Counted from the first letter of the stretch, positions 16,569 to 25,994 are shown. The stretch: 64,000 nt of DNA from an uncultured bacterium (GCA_963707485.1 CAVPQS010000065.1:654-64653); one strand, 5' to 3'. Translations and numbers: made by a program. Notes: a model not told the origin generated them from the sequence alone.

Positions 16569-17939
16569 CTACAATTCGTCATCTCCGTTCGGCTTTTCGA
16601 TGCCGTACTCTTTCATTTTTTGGCGCAGTGTGTTGCGGTGGATGCCGAGCACGTCAGCGCTTTTTTGCAGGCTGAATTCATTGGCGCTGAGCACGTTTTC
16701 GATGTGTTCTTTTTCGAGGTCGCGCAAGGTCATCGTCGTTGTAATCGAAGCGCCGGTCGAGGCGTTTGCGCCGGCAGCGATCTGGGCGAAGTCGGCGGCA
16801 TCCAGCGTTTCGGTGCGGCTCAGGACGGTGGCGCGTTCGATAACATTTGCCAGTTCACGCACGTTGCCGGGCCAGTCGTAAGCGAGCAAGCGATCTTTGG
16901 CGGCGGGCGTAATCTTGCGCGGCGGCCGATTGGTTTTTGTCGCGCTGAGATTCAGAAAATGATCCACAAGCGGCATGATGTCGTCGCGGCGTTGGCGCAA
17001 TGGCGGGATGTGCAAGTGGACGACGTTGATGCGGAAATAGAGGTCCTCGCGGAAACGACCGGATTTGATTTCATCCTGCAGGTTGCGATTGGTCGCGGCG
17101 ATCAGGCGGACGTCAGCGCTGATTTCCTCTTCCCCGCCGAGCCGCTCGAATTTGCGCTCTTCGAGGAGGCGAAGCAGTTTGACCTGGATCGACAGCGGCA
17201 ATTCGCCGATTTCATCGAGCAAGACTGTGCCGCCTTTGGCAAGTTCGAATCTGCCGAGGCGGCGTTTTTCCGCTCCGGTAAAAGCGCCGCGCTCATGTCC
17301 CAATAGTTCTGATTCAATCAGAGTCTCAGGTATCGCCGCACAACTGACGGCGACGAAGCGATTTTCGCGACGCGGCGAGAGTTCGTGAATACTGCGGGCG
17401 AGCAGCTCTTTGCCGGTACCGGATTCGCCGGTGATCAGGACGGTGGCTTCAGTCGGCGCGACGCGGGCGACTTCGGAAAGCAACGATTTGATCTTATCAG
17501 AGACACCGACGATCTCATCGACATGAAGCTGTTCAAGGCGTTCGCGGAGATTGCGATTTTCCGCGAGGAGAAAATGACGCTCGCCGGCTTTGTGAATCAG
17601 TTCCTGCAATTCGGCGAGGTTGACCGGTTTGCTGATGTAATGGTACACGCCGGCGCGCATTGCCTCGACCGCGGACTCGACATTGCCGAAGGCGGTGATC
17701 AGGATGACCTGCATTTCGGGATCGCGTTCGTGGATCCGTTGGAAGAGCTCGAATCCCGAGAGGCCGGTCATTTTCATGTCGAATAGGCCGATTTCGAATG
17801 AGCGGGTTTCGAGCAGCTTGAGGGCGACTTCGGCGGACTCGGCGGTCGCGACGCTGTAGCCGGCTTTTTTGAGGAATCCGGCGAGCATTTCGCGCTGATT
17901 GGCTTCGTCGTCGACGATGAGAATTCGCAATTGCATCAT
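16569..17939 (-). CDS. Sigma-54-dependent response regulator (NtrC family: REC + AAA+ sigma54-interaction + Fis-type HTH)
   Basis: 456 aa; receiver domain (DDE...D, K); Walker A GESGTGKE; GAFTGA motif; ESELFGHE-like ESELLGHE; C-terminal HTH. No histidine kinase gene is adjacent. Confidence 0.9.
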   Translation of the reverse strand: MMQLRILIVDDEANQREMLAGFLKKAGYSVATAESAEVALKLLETRSFEIGLFDMKMTGLSGFELFQRIHERDPEMQVILITAFGNVESAVEAMRAGVYHYISKPVNLAELQELIHKAGERHFLLAENRNLRERLEQLHVDEIVGVSDKIKSLLSEVARVAPTEATVLITGESGTGKELLARSIHELSPRRENRFVAVSCAAIPETLIESELLGHERGAFTGAEKRRLGRFELAKGGTVLLDEIGELPLSIQVKLLRLLEERKFERLGGEEEISADVRLIAATNRNLQDEIKSGRFREDLYFRINVVHLHIPPLRQRRDDIMPLVDHFLNLSATKTNRPPRKITPAAKDRLLAYDWPGNVRELANVIERATVLSRTETLDAADFAQIAAGANASTGASITTTMTLRDLEKEHIENVLSANEFSLQKSADVLGIHRNTLRQKMKEYGIEKPNGDDEL

Positions 17940-18061
17940 GCCGTTGAATGGTATCGGGTTAGTAAGAGAATTGCAACAGGTTTTAAGTAGACGGGGAGGA
18001 GGAGATAGCTCAAGACCCGCGATTTAGCAACGTCTGGAGCGGTTGGGAACGAAAAAATGGT

Positions 18062-18090
18062 TTGACACCTCGTTAAACAGATGCTATACT
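18062..18090 (+). promoter_or_regulatory. Near-consensus sigma70 promoter (TTGACA-N17-TATACT)
   Basis: TTGACA at 18062-18067, a 17-nt spacer, TATACT at 18085-18090. Plus strand, about 360 nt upstream of the ATG at 18453. Confidence 0.45.
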
Positions 18091-18452
18091 TACGCTAAAG
18101 CACTCAGAAATAACACGGTCTTACTATCGCGCGAGTGATTATGGGTGAGTGATCGACAACGCGCATTATTTCCACGGCTCAATAAGTACTACTAACCCGG
18201 ACTTTCGCGAGCCATTTCCTCTTGAGCGATCACACGACCATCCGAATTCGCCGATAGCCAATATCGACTGATGTGACCATTAAAAAAATCGATCAAATTG
18301 GGTAGCTCTGATTTCAGAACCGGTAACGGTCCATTCGGTTCATGCTATCCGAGGGAGGTGGTCAACCCGAGAGACATGTTCCGTTTGTGTTCACTTGTCT
18401 ATAGCTAATTGCAACGTTTCTATTATTTCACTCTGAAAGGAGCAACAGAAAC

Positions 18453-21400
18453 ATGAAAAAACTCGCATTGTTGGTCGTGAGTTTTGTCTACGTGATTTCC
18501 CTGTTGTCGGTTTCGGTATTCGCAGCCAAAGCAAAAGAATCTTCTGCGAGCGGAATTGACCCCAGGGATATCGTGGCGGAGAGCTCCAAGAATCCGCTGA
18601 CAGACATTCAGCTTGAGCAGTTGAATCGATCCGGTTCGAAGCCGGGAGCAGACATGGGCCAGACTTCACTGGGCTTCATGGCGTCTCCGGGCATAATGAT
18701 CGGTAACACCGGCTACGACATTCAGCATAACAGCCGCATGGGCCGCCAGATTGTCCAGGGCCCCAGCGGCCGCGTCCATTTTGTCTGGACACACAAATTG
18801 GCGGGCGTCGGTTCGACTATTCGCGAAATTCGTTATGGATCTTATGTTCCGGGAACGGGTTTCTTCGATCTTCCGGGCGGTCTGACGATTTCTGATGGTC
18901 GCGAGGGCCACATGTGCTCAATCGATCAATTCGGCAACCGGGCACTTCCCGTCTGGCGCTACGGGGCGACGTTTGCCGCCTATCGTTCGACTTCGGCACT
19001 CGACTTTGCAGCCGGCGCGGGCAGTTTCACGATCGTCGATTTGCCGTCAGCAGCGAACAACTGCGAAGGCATCTTCTGCGGCGCGATTCTTGAGCCATAT
19101 GTTTGGCCAGTGGTTGCGGCCGACGTTGACGGCGGCGGAAACCCAATTTCTCATATCGTTGCGATGGAGGGAAATTCAGGTTCGGAATACTCAGCCATGA
19201 CATACTACCGCGGTACCGGCGTCAGTTTCACCAACTACGGCACCTGCGGGATGTTCATGGACTCGACGACGGCGATCAGCTACACGATCGCACAGGATCC
19301 GGGCTCGAACAAGGTTGCGATTGCCTACGCCAAAGCGCGTACCGCTGCGACCAGCCGCGAGAACAATGATCTTGCTTATCGCATGTCAACGGACCTGGGC
19401 GTGACCTGGAGTCCGGTAGTTAACGTGACGAATTACGCATCCAGCGCCCTGGAGCGCGTTTCGCAGGAGACGTCCTCGATGTTCTCGGCGGATGGATGTT
19501 TCCACATCCTGTATACCGCCGCATTTTATGATTCGGCCGCGGCGCAGGTGGCCGATCAGGAAGCTAAACTTTATCATTGGGACGACTGTCAGAATTGTAA
19601 GTCCTTGATTCTTGACGCCAATAATTTCCATGCCAATTGTAACATGAAGGCGTTTGAGCATAACGTTTGCCGCATCAGCATGACGGAGTGCACGGTCGCC
19701 GCGACCAAGACGCTTTATGCCGTTTACACCCGTTACGTCGGCGACACCGACCCGGGCACGCCGGCCCTTACGGACTGCTCGGCTGGACAGTTCCCGAACG
19801 GCGAGATTTACGCGTCGGCTTCATCGACAGACGGCGAGACCTGGGGACCTCCGGTCAATTTGACTAATTCACGCACCGATAATTGCGCTTCGGGCGCATG
19901 CGATGACGACAACTTCTCGAGTGCGGCGATGTACAGCACAGATTCGCTGCGCATCGAGTACTTGAATGACAAGGATGCCGGTTCGGGTGTCGGCAACGAC
20001 GGCACCGCGGAGACTTACAGCCCGGTCATGTTCCTGAGTCATCCTTGCTTTGCGATGTCGACGTATCGCAGCTTGTCTTCAACACCGTCAGGGATTCTCT
20101 ATCCGTTCCATGCCGCAGCGAATGCCGCCGCCAACACGAATATTGTGCTGACGAACGCGGGCAACGCGACAGCAAACTGGACGCGGACGATTGCTTACGA
20201 TATCGGCTCGGGCTGGCTGACAGTTCCCGCGGCGGGTCTCGTAACAGCGGGATGCACGAATTCGCAGAATCTGGCCATTACTGCGGGACCGATCGCCACC
20301 GAGGGTTACTATTCGGCGACGATTACGTTCACGTATGAAGGACCGACATCCTTCGATGTTCCGGTAGAATTCTATGTATTCAACAGTTTCTTCCTGCCGC
20401 AGGATCAGGCGATCCGGACCTCGCTGGTTCGTATGAATGTGAACCAGGCGGGACGCAATTCGCATCAAGAGACCGGCCGCATGTTCTTCTCGTTCAACGA
20501 TGGACTTGAGCCGTTCTATGATGGTTCGCTGGTACTGGGTAATTCGGCCGCCAGTTTGAGCTGGTTGATATTCGAAGGCGGCGGCAATGTGCCGAGCGCT
20601 TCGAATCCGTTCGGATACCTTTATGCCTTGTCGAATACGACTTACGATTCGACCGGAAACGCGAATTACCGTTTTGCCTCAGGCAAGGGAACGAACCGCG
20701 ACTCCACTCTTGGATTCAGCGTCACTTATTATGCTCCGAAGCACCCGGATTCTTCGACATTCATCGCAGCGGTATACAAGCTGTACAAAGGCGCGAAGAA
20801 CCCATCGGGCAGCGTGACGAATTTGACCGTCGCGTACGCGGCGGACATCGACGTACCGGACGACAGTTCGGACAACATCGGCGGCGCGGATGCTTCGCGT
20901 CAGACGATTTACCAGAAGGGCCGTTATGCCCCGGATGATCTGCGTTTTGCGGGCGTTCGCGGTGTGATCAAGAACGGCAGTCCGGTCACCGGCGGATTCA
21001 ACTGGGAAAATGATGTAACCGTCTACCCGCTCGGCGGCTTCGAGAACGACACGCTTTGGAACAAGCTTCAGGCTGTGACCGGATACAGCGTAACGGACTC
21101 CACCGAAGATTTGAACTCCGTGCTTACAGTGGCGCGCGGGATCACGATCAACGGCAGCGCCAACGATACGCTGGATTTTGCGATCCTGTTCGTCGGAACC
21201 GACGGAATCCAGAGCCTGGCTAACTTCCAGACCCAGCTTGACAAAGCGATGGCCTGGGTATGCGGGCATGTTTATGCCGGCGCCGACGCTTGCGCAAATT
21301 GCGCTTGCGGTGATGCCGACAACACAGGCATCATCACAATCTCCGACGCCGTGTATTTGATCAACTACATCTTCGCGGGCGGACCGGCTCCGGTTCAGCT

Positions 21401-21503
21401 TTGCCTTGGCGACGCAGACGGCACCGGAATCATCACGATTTCCGACGCTGTGTTTTTGATCAACTACATCTTCGCCGGCGGACCGGCTCCTTCGGGCTGC
21501 TAA
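18453..21503 (+). CDS. Secreted BNR/Asp-box repeat protein (sialidase-like beta-propeller fold) with C-terminal tandem dockerin-like module
   Basis: 1016 aa; signal peptide; AAAGGAG Shine-Dalgarno; Asp-boxes STDLGVTW and SSTDGETW. The C-terminal 68 aa hold two repeats GDADNTGIITISDAVYLINYIFAGGPAP..C / GDADGTGIITISDAVFLINYIFAGGPAPSGC that resemble dockerin EF-hand repeats. Confidence 0.8.
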   Translation: MKKLALLVVSFVYVISLLSVSVFAAKAKESSASGIDPRDIVAESSKNPLTDIQLEQLNRSGSKPGADMGQTSLGFMASPGIMIGNTGYDIQHNSRMGRQIVQGPSGRVHFVWTHKLAGVGSTIREIRYGSYVPGTGFFDLPGGLTISDGREGHMCSIDQFGNRALPVWRYGATFAAYRSTSALDFAAGAGSFTIVDLPSAANNCEGIFCGAILEPYVWPVVAADVDGGGNPISHIVAMEGNSGSEYSAMTYYRGTGVSFTNYGTCGMFMDSTTAISYTIAQDPGSNKVAIAYAKARTAATSRENNDLAYRMSTDLGVTWSPVVNVTNYASSALERVSQETSSMFSADGCFHILYTAAFYDSAAAQVADQEAKLYHWDDCQNCKSLILDANNFHANCNMKAFEHNVCRISMTECTVAATKTLYAVYTRYVGDTDPGTPALTDCSAGQFPNGEIYASASSTDGETWGPPVNLTNSRTDNCASGACDDDNFSSAAMYSTDSLRIEYLNDKDAGSGVGNDGTAETYSPVMFLSHPCFAMSTYRSLSSTPSGILYPFHAAANAAANTNIVLTNAGNATANWTRTIAYDIGSGWLTVPAAGLVTAGCTNSQNLAITAGPIATEGYYSATITFTYEGPTSFDVPVEFYVFNSFFLPQDQAIRTSLVRMNVNQAGRNSHQETGRMFFSFNDGLEPFYDGSLVLGNSAASLSWLIFEGGGNVPSASNPFGYLYALSNTTYDSTGNANYRFASGKGTNRDSTLGFSVTYYAPKHPDSSTFIAAVYKLYKGAKNPSGSVTNLTVAYAADIDVPDDSSDNIGGADASRQTIYQKGRYAPDDLRFAGVRGVIKNGSPVTGGFNWENDVTVYPLGGFENDTLWNKLQAVTGYSVTDSTEDLNSVLTVARGITINGSANDTLDFAILFVGTDGIQSLANFQTQLDKAMAWVCGHVYAGADACANCACGDADNTGIITISDAVYLINYIFAGGPAPVQLCLGDADGTGIITISDAVFLINYIFAGGPAPSGC

Positions 21504-21551
21504 GGAGATGTCTGATTAATTAGGAAGTCATTCGTCTTTTTGACTCCTTTC

Positions 21552-21594
21552 ATCGCTGCATTCGGCGCAAGCCGGGTGCAGCGATTTTTTTCTT
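21552..21594 (+). terminator. Rho-independent terminator after the BNR/dockerin gene
   Basis: 9-bp perfect stem atcgctgca / tgcagcgat with a 16-nt loop, followed by TTTTTTTCTT. Confidence 0.6.
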
Positions 21595-21639
21595 AGCACG
21601 ATTGGCGCTGTGTGCCGTTATAATCCCAGACATGTTGTT

Positions 21640-23793
21640 ATGGAATTTCAGATAATCATGAGACGCAGGTATGCGGTTATTGCCGCTTTCATCGTCGCCG
21701 TCATTTCCGCTTCGTTGTTTGCCGCGGATGATGATTCGCTCGACTATGAGCAGGTAATGAAATCGCATATGGCACGATTGTCGCGTTACGCGCAATCGCT
21801 GGCCAGCCTCGGCGCGACGGCAAATCAAAACGACTTCGATATCAACTATTATGACATCTCCATTCGCATTCACGCAGAGACAAACACGATTGCGGGCGAA
21901 GTCGGGTTTTCGGCGACAACGCTGCAGCCGCTTGATTTTGTCGAGTTAAACCTCGACCAGACAATGATTGTCGACTCCGTCACAACGTCCGGGGCAGCCA
22001 CAACATTCCAGCACCAAGGGAATATTTTGACGATTGTGGTGCCGCAACACGGCACTGGCGAATTCATTGGCGCGACGGTGTTCTATCACGGGAGGCCCAT
22101 TTTTGACGGGTTCGGGTCGTTTTCATTCAATAAACATAATGATCTGCCGCTGGTGTCGAGTTTATCAGAGCCATTTTATGCACGGACGTGGTGGCCCTGC
22201 AAGGATCATCCTTCCGACAAGGCCGACTCGGTGGATATGCGAGCGACGATTGACAGCCGCGTCACTGTCGTTTCGAACGGCACTTTGGCCGGCATAACAG
22301 CCAACGGCGACGGCACCAATACAACGCATTGGCATGAGTCGTATCCGATCGCGACCTATCTGGTGAGCCTGGCGATTGCCGATTACGAACATTATGCGGA
22401 TACGTTCCACTACGAAGGCGAATCGATGCCGGTAGATTTTTACATGTTGTCGGGACTGGTCGAACAGCATTTTGCGGTAAACGCCAAGGTCGTGGGTATG
22501 CTGGAATATTTCTCGTCGATATACGGGACCTATCCGTTCATCCGCGAGAAATACGGCCATGCACAATTTGCCTGGGGCGGCGGAATGGAACATCAGACTT
22601 GTTCATCGATCGGCGCATTCCCAGAGTCGCTGCTGGCGCATGAATTGGCGCATCAATGGTGGGGCGACATGATTACCTGCGGCACGTGGCACGACATTTG
22701 GTTGAACGAAGGATTTGCGCGCTATTCGGAAGCCCTGTGGCTGGAGCACGTCAATGGTCCGCAAGCGCTGCAACAATACATGAATTCGCTGACGCGACTC
22801 GACCAGCAGGTGTATGTGGCGGACACGACTAACGTCAACACCATGTTTGACCGCGTGGTGTATGACAAGGGCGCCATGGCGCTGCACATGCTGCGGTTCA
22901 ATTTAGGCGATGAGATGTTTTTCCGGGTCATTCGGGCGTACGGCGAATCGCGGCACAAGTACAACAGCGCAACGACGTCGGATTTTCAGGCTCTTTGCGA
23001 AGACATATCCGGCCGCGACCTGCAATACTTCTTTGATCAGTGGGTTTATCAGCCGTCAATGCCGGATTATCGATTCGGATTCTTCTCATATGAAACGGAT
23101 TCCGGTTGGGTGACCGATTTGCAGATGCAACAAGTCCAGACAGCGTATGAGTTATTCAAGACCGACATGGATGTGCGCTTTTGGTTTGCAAGTGATTCGT
23201 TGACGTTACGAGTGAGCAACGACCGGCGCAAGCAGAACTTCCGGTACCTGTTGCCGGACGAGCCGATCAAGTGCCGCATCGATCCGGACAATTGGATAAT
23301 CAACAAATACACGGAAGTCGCGCTCTTGCCGCAGGCGACCGTCGATACGTTGCCGACGGCGGCGGTCGGGGCGCCTTACAGTTTGCGGCTTTCGGCGATT
23401 GGCGGCGAGCCGCCGTTTACGTGGTCGGAGTTTGCGGCGTCGATGCCGGAAGGATTCGCAATCGACGACGACGGGCTACTGCACGGCGTTGCCGCCGACA
23501 CCGGCAGCTTTGAAATTTCCGTGCAGATTGCGGACTCGAGAATACCGGCAAATCGTGCGACCTCGAACTTGAAGTTGCAGATTCACAGAGCCCGGGGCAA
23601 TGTCGACGCTAATCCCGGCATGGCGTTGGGCGACATATTGTACTTCATTCGTTACCTCTATCGCGACGGTCCACCGCCCGCGGATTTGACGGCTGCGGAT
23701 GCCAATTGCGACGGCGATGTTGACATTCTCGATGTCATGACGATTCTCAACTTTCTGTATCAGCAAGGTCCCCTGCCCTGTTTCGAATCATAA
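21640..23793 (+). CDS. M1-family zinc metallopeptidase (aminopeptidase N-like) with Ig-like domain and C-terminal dockerin-like module
   Basis: GGMEH (GAMEN-like) and HELAHQWWGD...LNEGFARY (HExxH-x18-E). Signal peptide (MRRRYAVIAAFIVAVISASLFAA). The C-terminus has two dockerin-like repeats (GDILYFIRYLYRDGPPP; DANCDGDVDILDVMTILNFLYQQGPLPC). Exact start is uncertain (21610, 21640 or 21658). Confidence 0.8.
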   Translation: MEFQIIMRRRYAVIAAFIVAVISASLFAADDDSLDYEQVMKSHMARLSRYAQSLASLGATANQNDFDINYYDISIRIHAETNTIAGEVGFSATTLQPLDFVELNLDQTMIVDSVTTSGAATTFQHQGNILTIVVPQHGTGEFIGATVFYHGRPIFDGFGSFSFNKHNDLPLVSSLSEPFYARTWWPCKDHPSDKADSVDMRATIDSRVTVVSNGTLAGITANGDGTNTTHWHESYPIATYLVSLAIADYEHYADTFHYEGESMPVDFYMLSGLVEQHFAVNAKVVGMLEYFSSIYGTYPFIREKYGHAQFAWGGGMEHQTCSSIGAFPESLLAHELAHQWWGDMITCGTWHDIWLNEGFARYSEALWLEHVNGPQALQQYMNSLTRLDQQVYVADTTNVNTMFDRVVYDKGAMALHMLRFNLGDEMFFRVIRAYGESRHKYNSATTSDFQALCEDISGRDLQYFFDQWVYQPSMPDYRFGFFSYETDSGWVTDLQMQQVQTAYELFKTDMDVRFWFASDSLTLRVSNDRRKQNFRYLLPDEPIKCRIDPDNWIINKYTEVALLPQATVDTLPTAAVGAPYSLRLSAIGGEPPFTWSEFAASMPEGFAIDDDGLLHGVAADTGSFEISVQIADSRIPANRATSNLKLQIHRARGNVDANPGMALGDILYFIRYLYRDGPPPADLTAADANCDGDVDILDVMTILNFLYQQGPLPCFES

Positions 23794-24053
23794 TCGATTT
23801 CAATCGGGTCAAGCGTGTCGTGGCGTTTGCGCATGCTTCCGCCCAAATGTCCGATTAGCTCGTTGACGATGATTTCCTGCGCGGACGCCATCGCCGCGAG
23901 TACCGGCAGCATGGCGCGAACGGAAATGCGCACCAGATCGGCGACATTGACGCCGTATTGGCGGGCAGCTTGATTAAGGGCGGCCTTCAGTTCCGATGTG
24001 ATGAAGATATTAAGCGCCGAGTCGTTTTTTCGGCGCGGTGTCGCGGTTGGCAT
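23760..24053 (-). CDS. Ribbon-helix-helix (CopG/Arc-like) DNA-binding protein
   Basis: 97 aa; RHH-like N-terminus KNDSALNIFITSELKAALNQAARQYGVNVADLVRISV. GGAGG lies 5 nt before the ATG. The 3' end overlaps the convergent peptidase gene by about 34 nt. Confidence 0.5.
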   Translation of the reverse strand: MPTATPRRKNDSALNIFITSELKAALNQAARQYGVNVADLVRISVRAMLPVLAAMASAQEIIVNELIGHLGGSMRKRHDTLDPIEIDYDSKQGRGPC

Positions 24054-24064
24054 AAGTTCCTCCG

Positions 24065-24553
24065 TTAGCCGTGATATTTGTTGTGCCCGATAATTGTCAT
24101 AACCGAAACGATATCGACATTAAAGCGACTTCGGATAACGCGCATGACTTCGCGGTAGGATGATCCGGGCGGCGCTGCTTTGAGCAATTTGTCGATTTCG
24201 CTTCGGTGCGGCGAATTGCAAATCACGCAGCGGGCATTTGCCGCAGTGAATTTGAACTCGCCGGCGGCAAAGGTATTGAGTAATTTTCGGAGACGCCGCA
24301 GCGCACGCCGGTGCGAGTTGAGGATGAGCGCGAGCGGGAATCCCGACTGTCGGGCAAACTCCTGTAAAGTTGCGCCCTCGAAATGGACGCGGATAATGAT
24401 CTCGCGCTCCAACGGCGAAAGCCGGGCGAGCGCATCTTGCACCGCATCAATCCGGCGTTGTTGTATTTCGCGTTCGGCGGCATCAAGCTGTTGGTTCATC
24501 CAGAACGGCGTGACCGGCTTCCGGCGGGACCTGGGCAAATATCGTGTCGTCAT
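24065..24553 (-). CDS. Stand-alone sigma-70 region-4 (ECF-type sigma70_r4_2) HTH protein with C-terminal CxxC/HxxxH segment
   Basis: Region-4 signature LSPLEREIIIRVHFEGATLQEFARQSGFPLALILNSHRRALRRLRKLL, with no region 2 present. C-terminal CVICNSPH...HNKYH. Start chosen at ATG 24553, with AAAGGAG 9 nt upstream. Confidence 0.6.
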   Translation of the reverse strand: MTTRYLPRSRRKPVTPFWMNQQLDAAEREIQQRRIDAVQDALARLSPLEREIIIRVHFEGATLQEFARQSGFPLALILNSHRRALRRLRKLLNTFAAGEFKFTAANARCVICNSPHRSEIDKLLKAAPPGSSYREVMRVIRSRFNVDIVSVMTIIGHNKYHG

Positions 24554-24616
24554 GAATTGGTTCTCCTTTCCGGGCGCAATCAAACGCCGGAGCGGAGGCG
24601 AGTAAATCATGTGACT

Positions 24617-24682
24617 ATCGCATTGGGAGTCGCATGACCAAGGCGCGATGCGATATCAATTGCGATTGAAATGCGATTGAAT
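24617..24682. promoter_or_regulatory. Array of TGCGAT / ATCGCA hexamers including a tandem 11-nt repeat, in the divergent promoter region
   Basis: atcgca (24617-22), tcgcat (24630-35), gcgatgcgat (24645-54), tgcgattgaaa/tgcgattgaat tandem (24661-24682). Lies between the divergently transcribed sigma-r4 gene and the small-TM/CPBP genes. Confidence 0.3.
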
Positions 24683-24729
24683 TAGAATAGTGACGAAGGA
24701 TCACCAATTTAACCTCTGGGGAGAAAACG

Positions 24730-24930
24730 ATGCAGGAAGTTAACAACGACGACAAGAAAACGTACAGCTACACATTCGGCGGCAACATGACCGGCGGCTT
24801 GATTGTGCTTGGCATCGGCGTATTTTTCTTGCTCGTTAATCTTGATGTACTGCCTCCGCTTCGCACAACATGGCCGTTGATTTTGATCGTGGTGGGAGCA
24901 GCGCTGATCATCTCGAAGATGCGCCGCTGA
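24730..24930 (+). CDS. Small membrane protein (2 predicted TM helices)
   Basis: 66 aa; GGLIVLGIGVFFLLVNL and WPLILIVVGAALII hydrophobic segments; GGAGA Shine-Dalgarno-like. Directly precedes the CPBP protease gene. Confidence 0.45.
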   Translation: MQEVNNDDKKTYSYTFGGNMTGGLIVLGIGVFFLLVNLDVLPPLRTTWPLILIVVGAALIISKMRR

Positions 24931-25634
24931 CTCCGCCGGAATCCACACCGGAGTCGCAGCCGCGTCTGACGCTGATCAGTTATCTGGTGCTCGGACTATT
25001 GGCTATTATCTGGCCTTTTAGTTCGTTTGTATTTCTGGATTCACAGCTTGAACTGGCGAGCGAAGTTGTCGATCCCATTCTTGAAATCTACCTGCCCACG
25101 ATTCTCATCCAATTGCTGATCATGGCGGCAATCGTCATTGCCATCCGTTCGGAGCAGGCGCGCCCCGGCGACATCGGAGTCAAGAATTTCTCGCGCTGGA
25201 GTTTTCCGCAGGCGATTGCATTCTTGCTGCTGGCGAATATCGTATTGTCGTCGGTGCAGATCACGATTGCGGCGCAGTCGCCGGACGCCTTCACGGAATT
25301 CGGCTCTCTGCTGCCAAAGACAATGGCGGAGAAGTCAATCTGGGTCGTGCTGTGCGCGATTATCGCGATCTGCGAGGAGGTCACGTTTCGCGGCTACATC
25401 TTAACGCGAGTGACGCAAATCGCACGCGGTCGGATTTGGATTGGCGTGTTGGTGTCGACGCTGGCGTTCGCGAGCGGACATCTCTACCAGGGTTTGGGCG
25501 GATTCGTCTTGATATTCGTGTACGGGCTGATGTTTTGCGGGTTGTGTTTGTACACCGGTTCGCTTTACCCCGCGATTATCGCGCATTTCTTGCAGGACGC
25601 CGGTGTCCTGTTCCTGCCCGACACATTCAAATAA
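24870..25634 (+). CDS. CPBP family intramembrane glutamic metalloprotease (CAAX protease / Abi family)
   Basis: Motif 1 CEEVTFRGY (EExxxR), motif 2 FASGHLYQG, motif 3 AHFLQD; multiple TM segments. The N-terminal boundary is uncertain: the ATG at 24870 overlaps the small ORF by 61 nt, and a later non-ATG start is possible. Confidence 0.7.
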   Translation: MAVDFDRGGSSADHLEDAPLTPPESTPESQPRLTLISYLVLGLLAIIWPFSSFVFLDSQLELASEVVDPILEIYLPTILIQLLIMAAIVIAIRSEQARPGDIGVKNFSRWSFPQAIAFLLLANIVLSSVQITIAAQSPDAFTEFGSLLPKTMAEKSIWVVLCAIIAICEEVTFRGYILTRVTQIARGRIWIGVLVSTLAFASGHLYQGLGGFVLIFVYGLMFCGLCLYTGSLYPAIIAHFLQDAGVLFLPDTFK

Positions 25635-25646
25635 ATTGCGGAATCC

Positions 25647-25994
25647 TCAGACAGCGGCTTCCAATTCGTCGAGTAAATCGACGGCGCGGCGCAAATGCGG
25701 AATCACTATCGAACCGCCGACGACCAACGCGACATTGAAGATCTCGAACATTTCGGCGCGGGTAACGCCTTCTTTCTTGGATTGAATGACGTGATAAGCG
25801 ATGCAGTCATCGCAGCGGAGCGCCATCGAGGCAACCAAACCGAGCATCTCTTTGGTGCGCGAATCGAGAGCGCCGTTTTCGTAAGTGCGGGTGTCAAGCG
25901 CGAAGAAGCGGTTGATTTGCTGGTGCTGCTCGCCGAAAATGCGTTCGTTCATTTTTTCGCGGTACTTGCGAAATTGTTCAAGCCGGTCGGACAT
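25647..25994 (-). CDS. Carboxymuconolactone decarboxylase family protein (AhpD-like)
   Basis: 115 aa; AhpD core motif ALRCDDCIAYH. Confidence 0.75.
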   Translation of the reverse strand: MSDRLEQFRKYREKMNERIFGEQHQQINRFFALDTRTYENGALDSRTKEMLGLVASMALRCDDCIAYHVIQSKKEGVTRAEMFEIFNVALVVGGSIVIPHLRRAVDLLDELEAAV

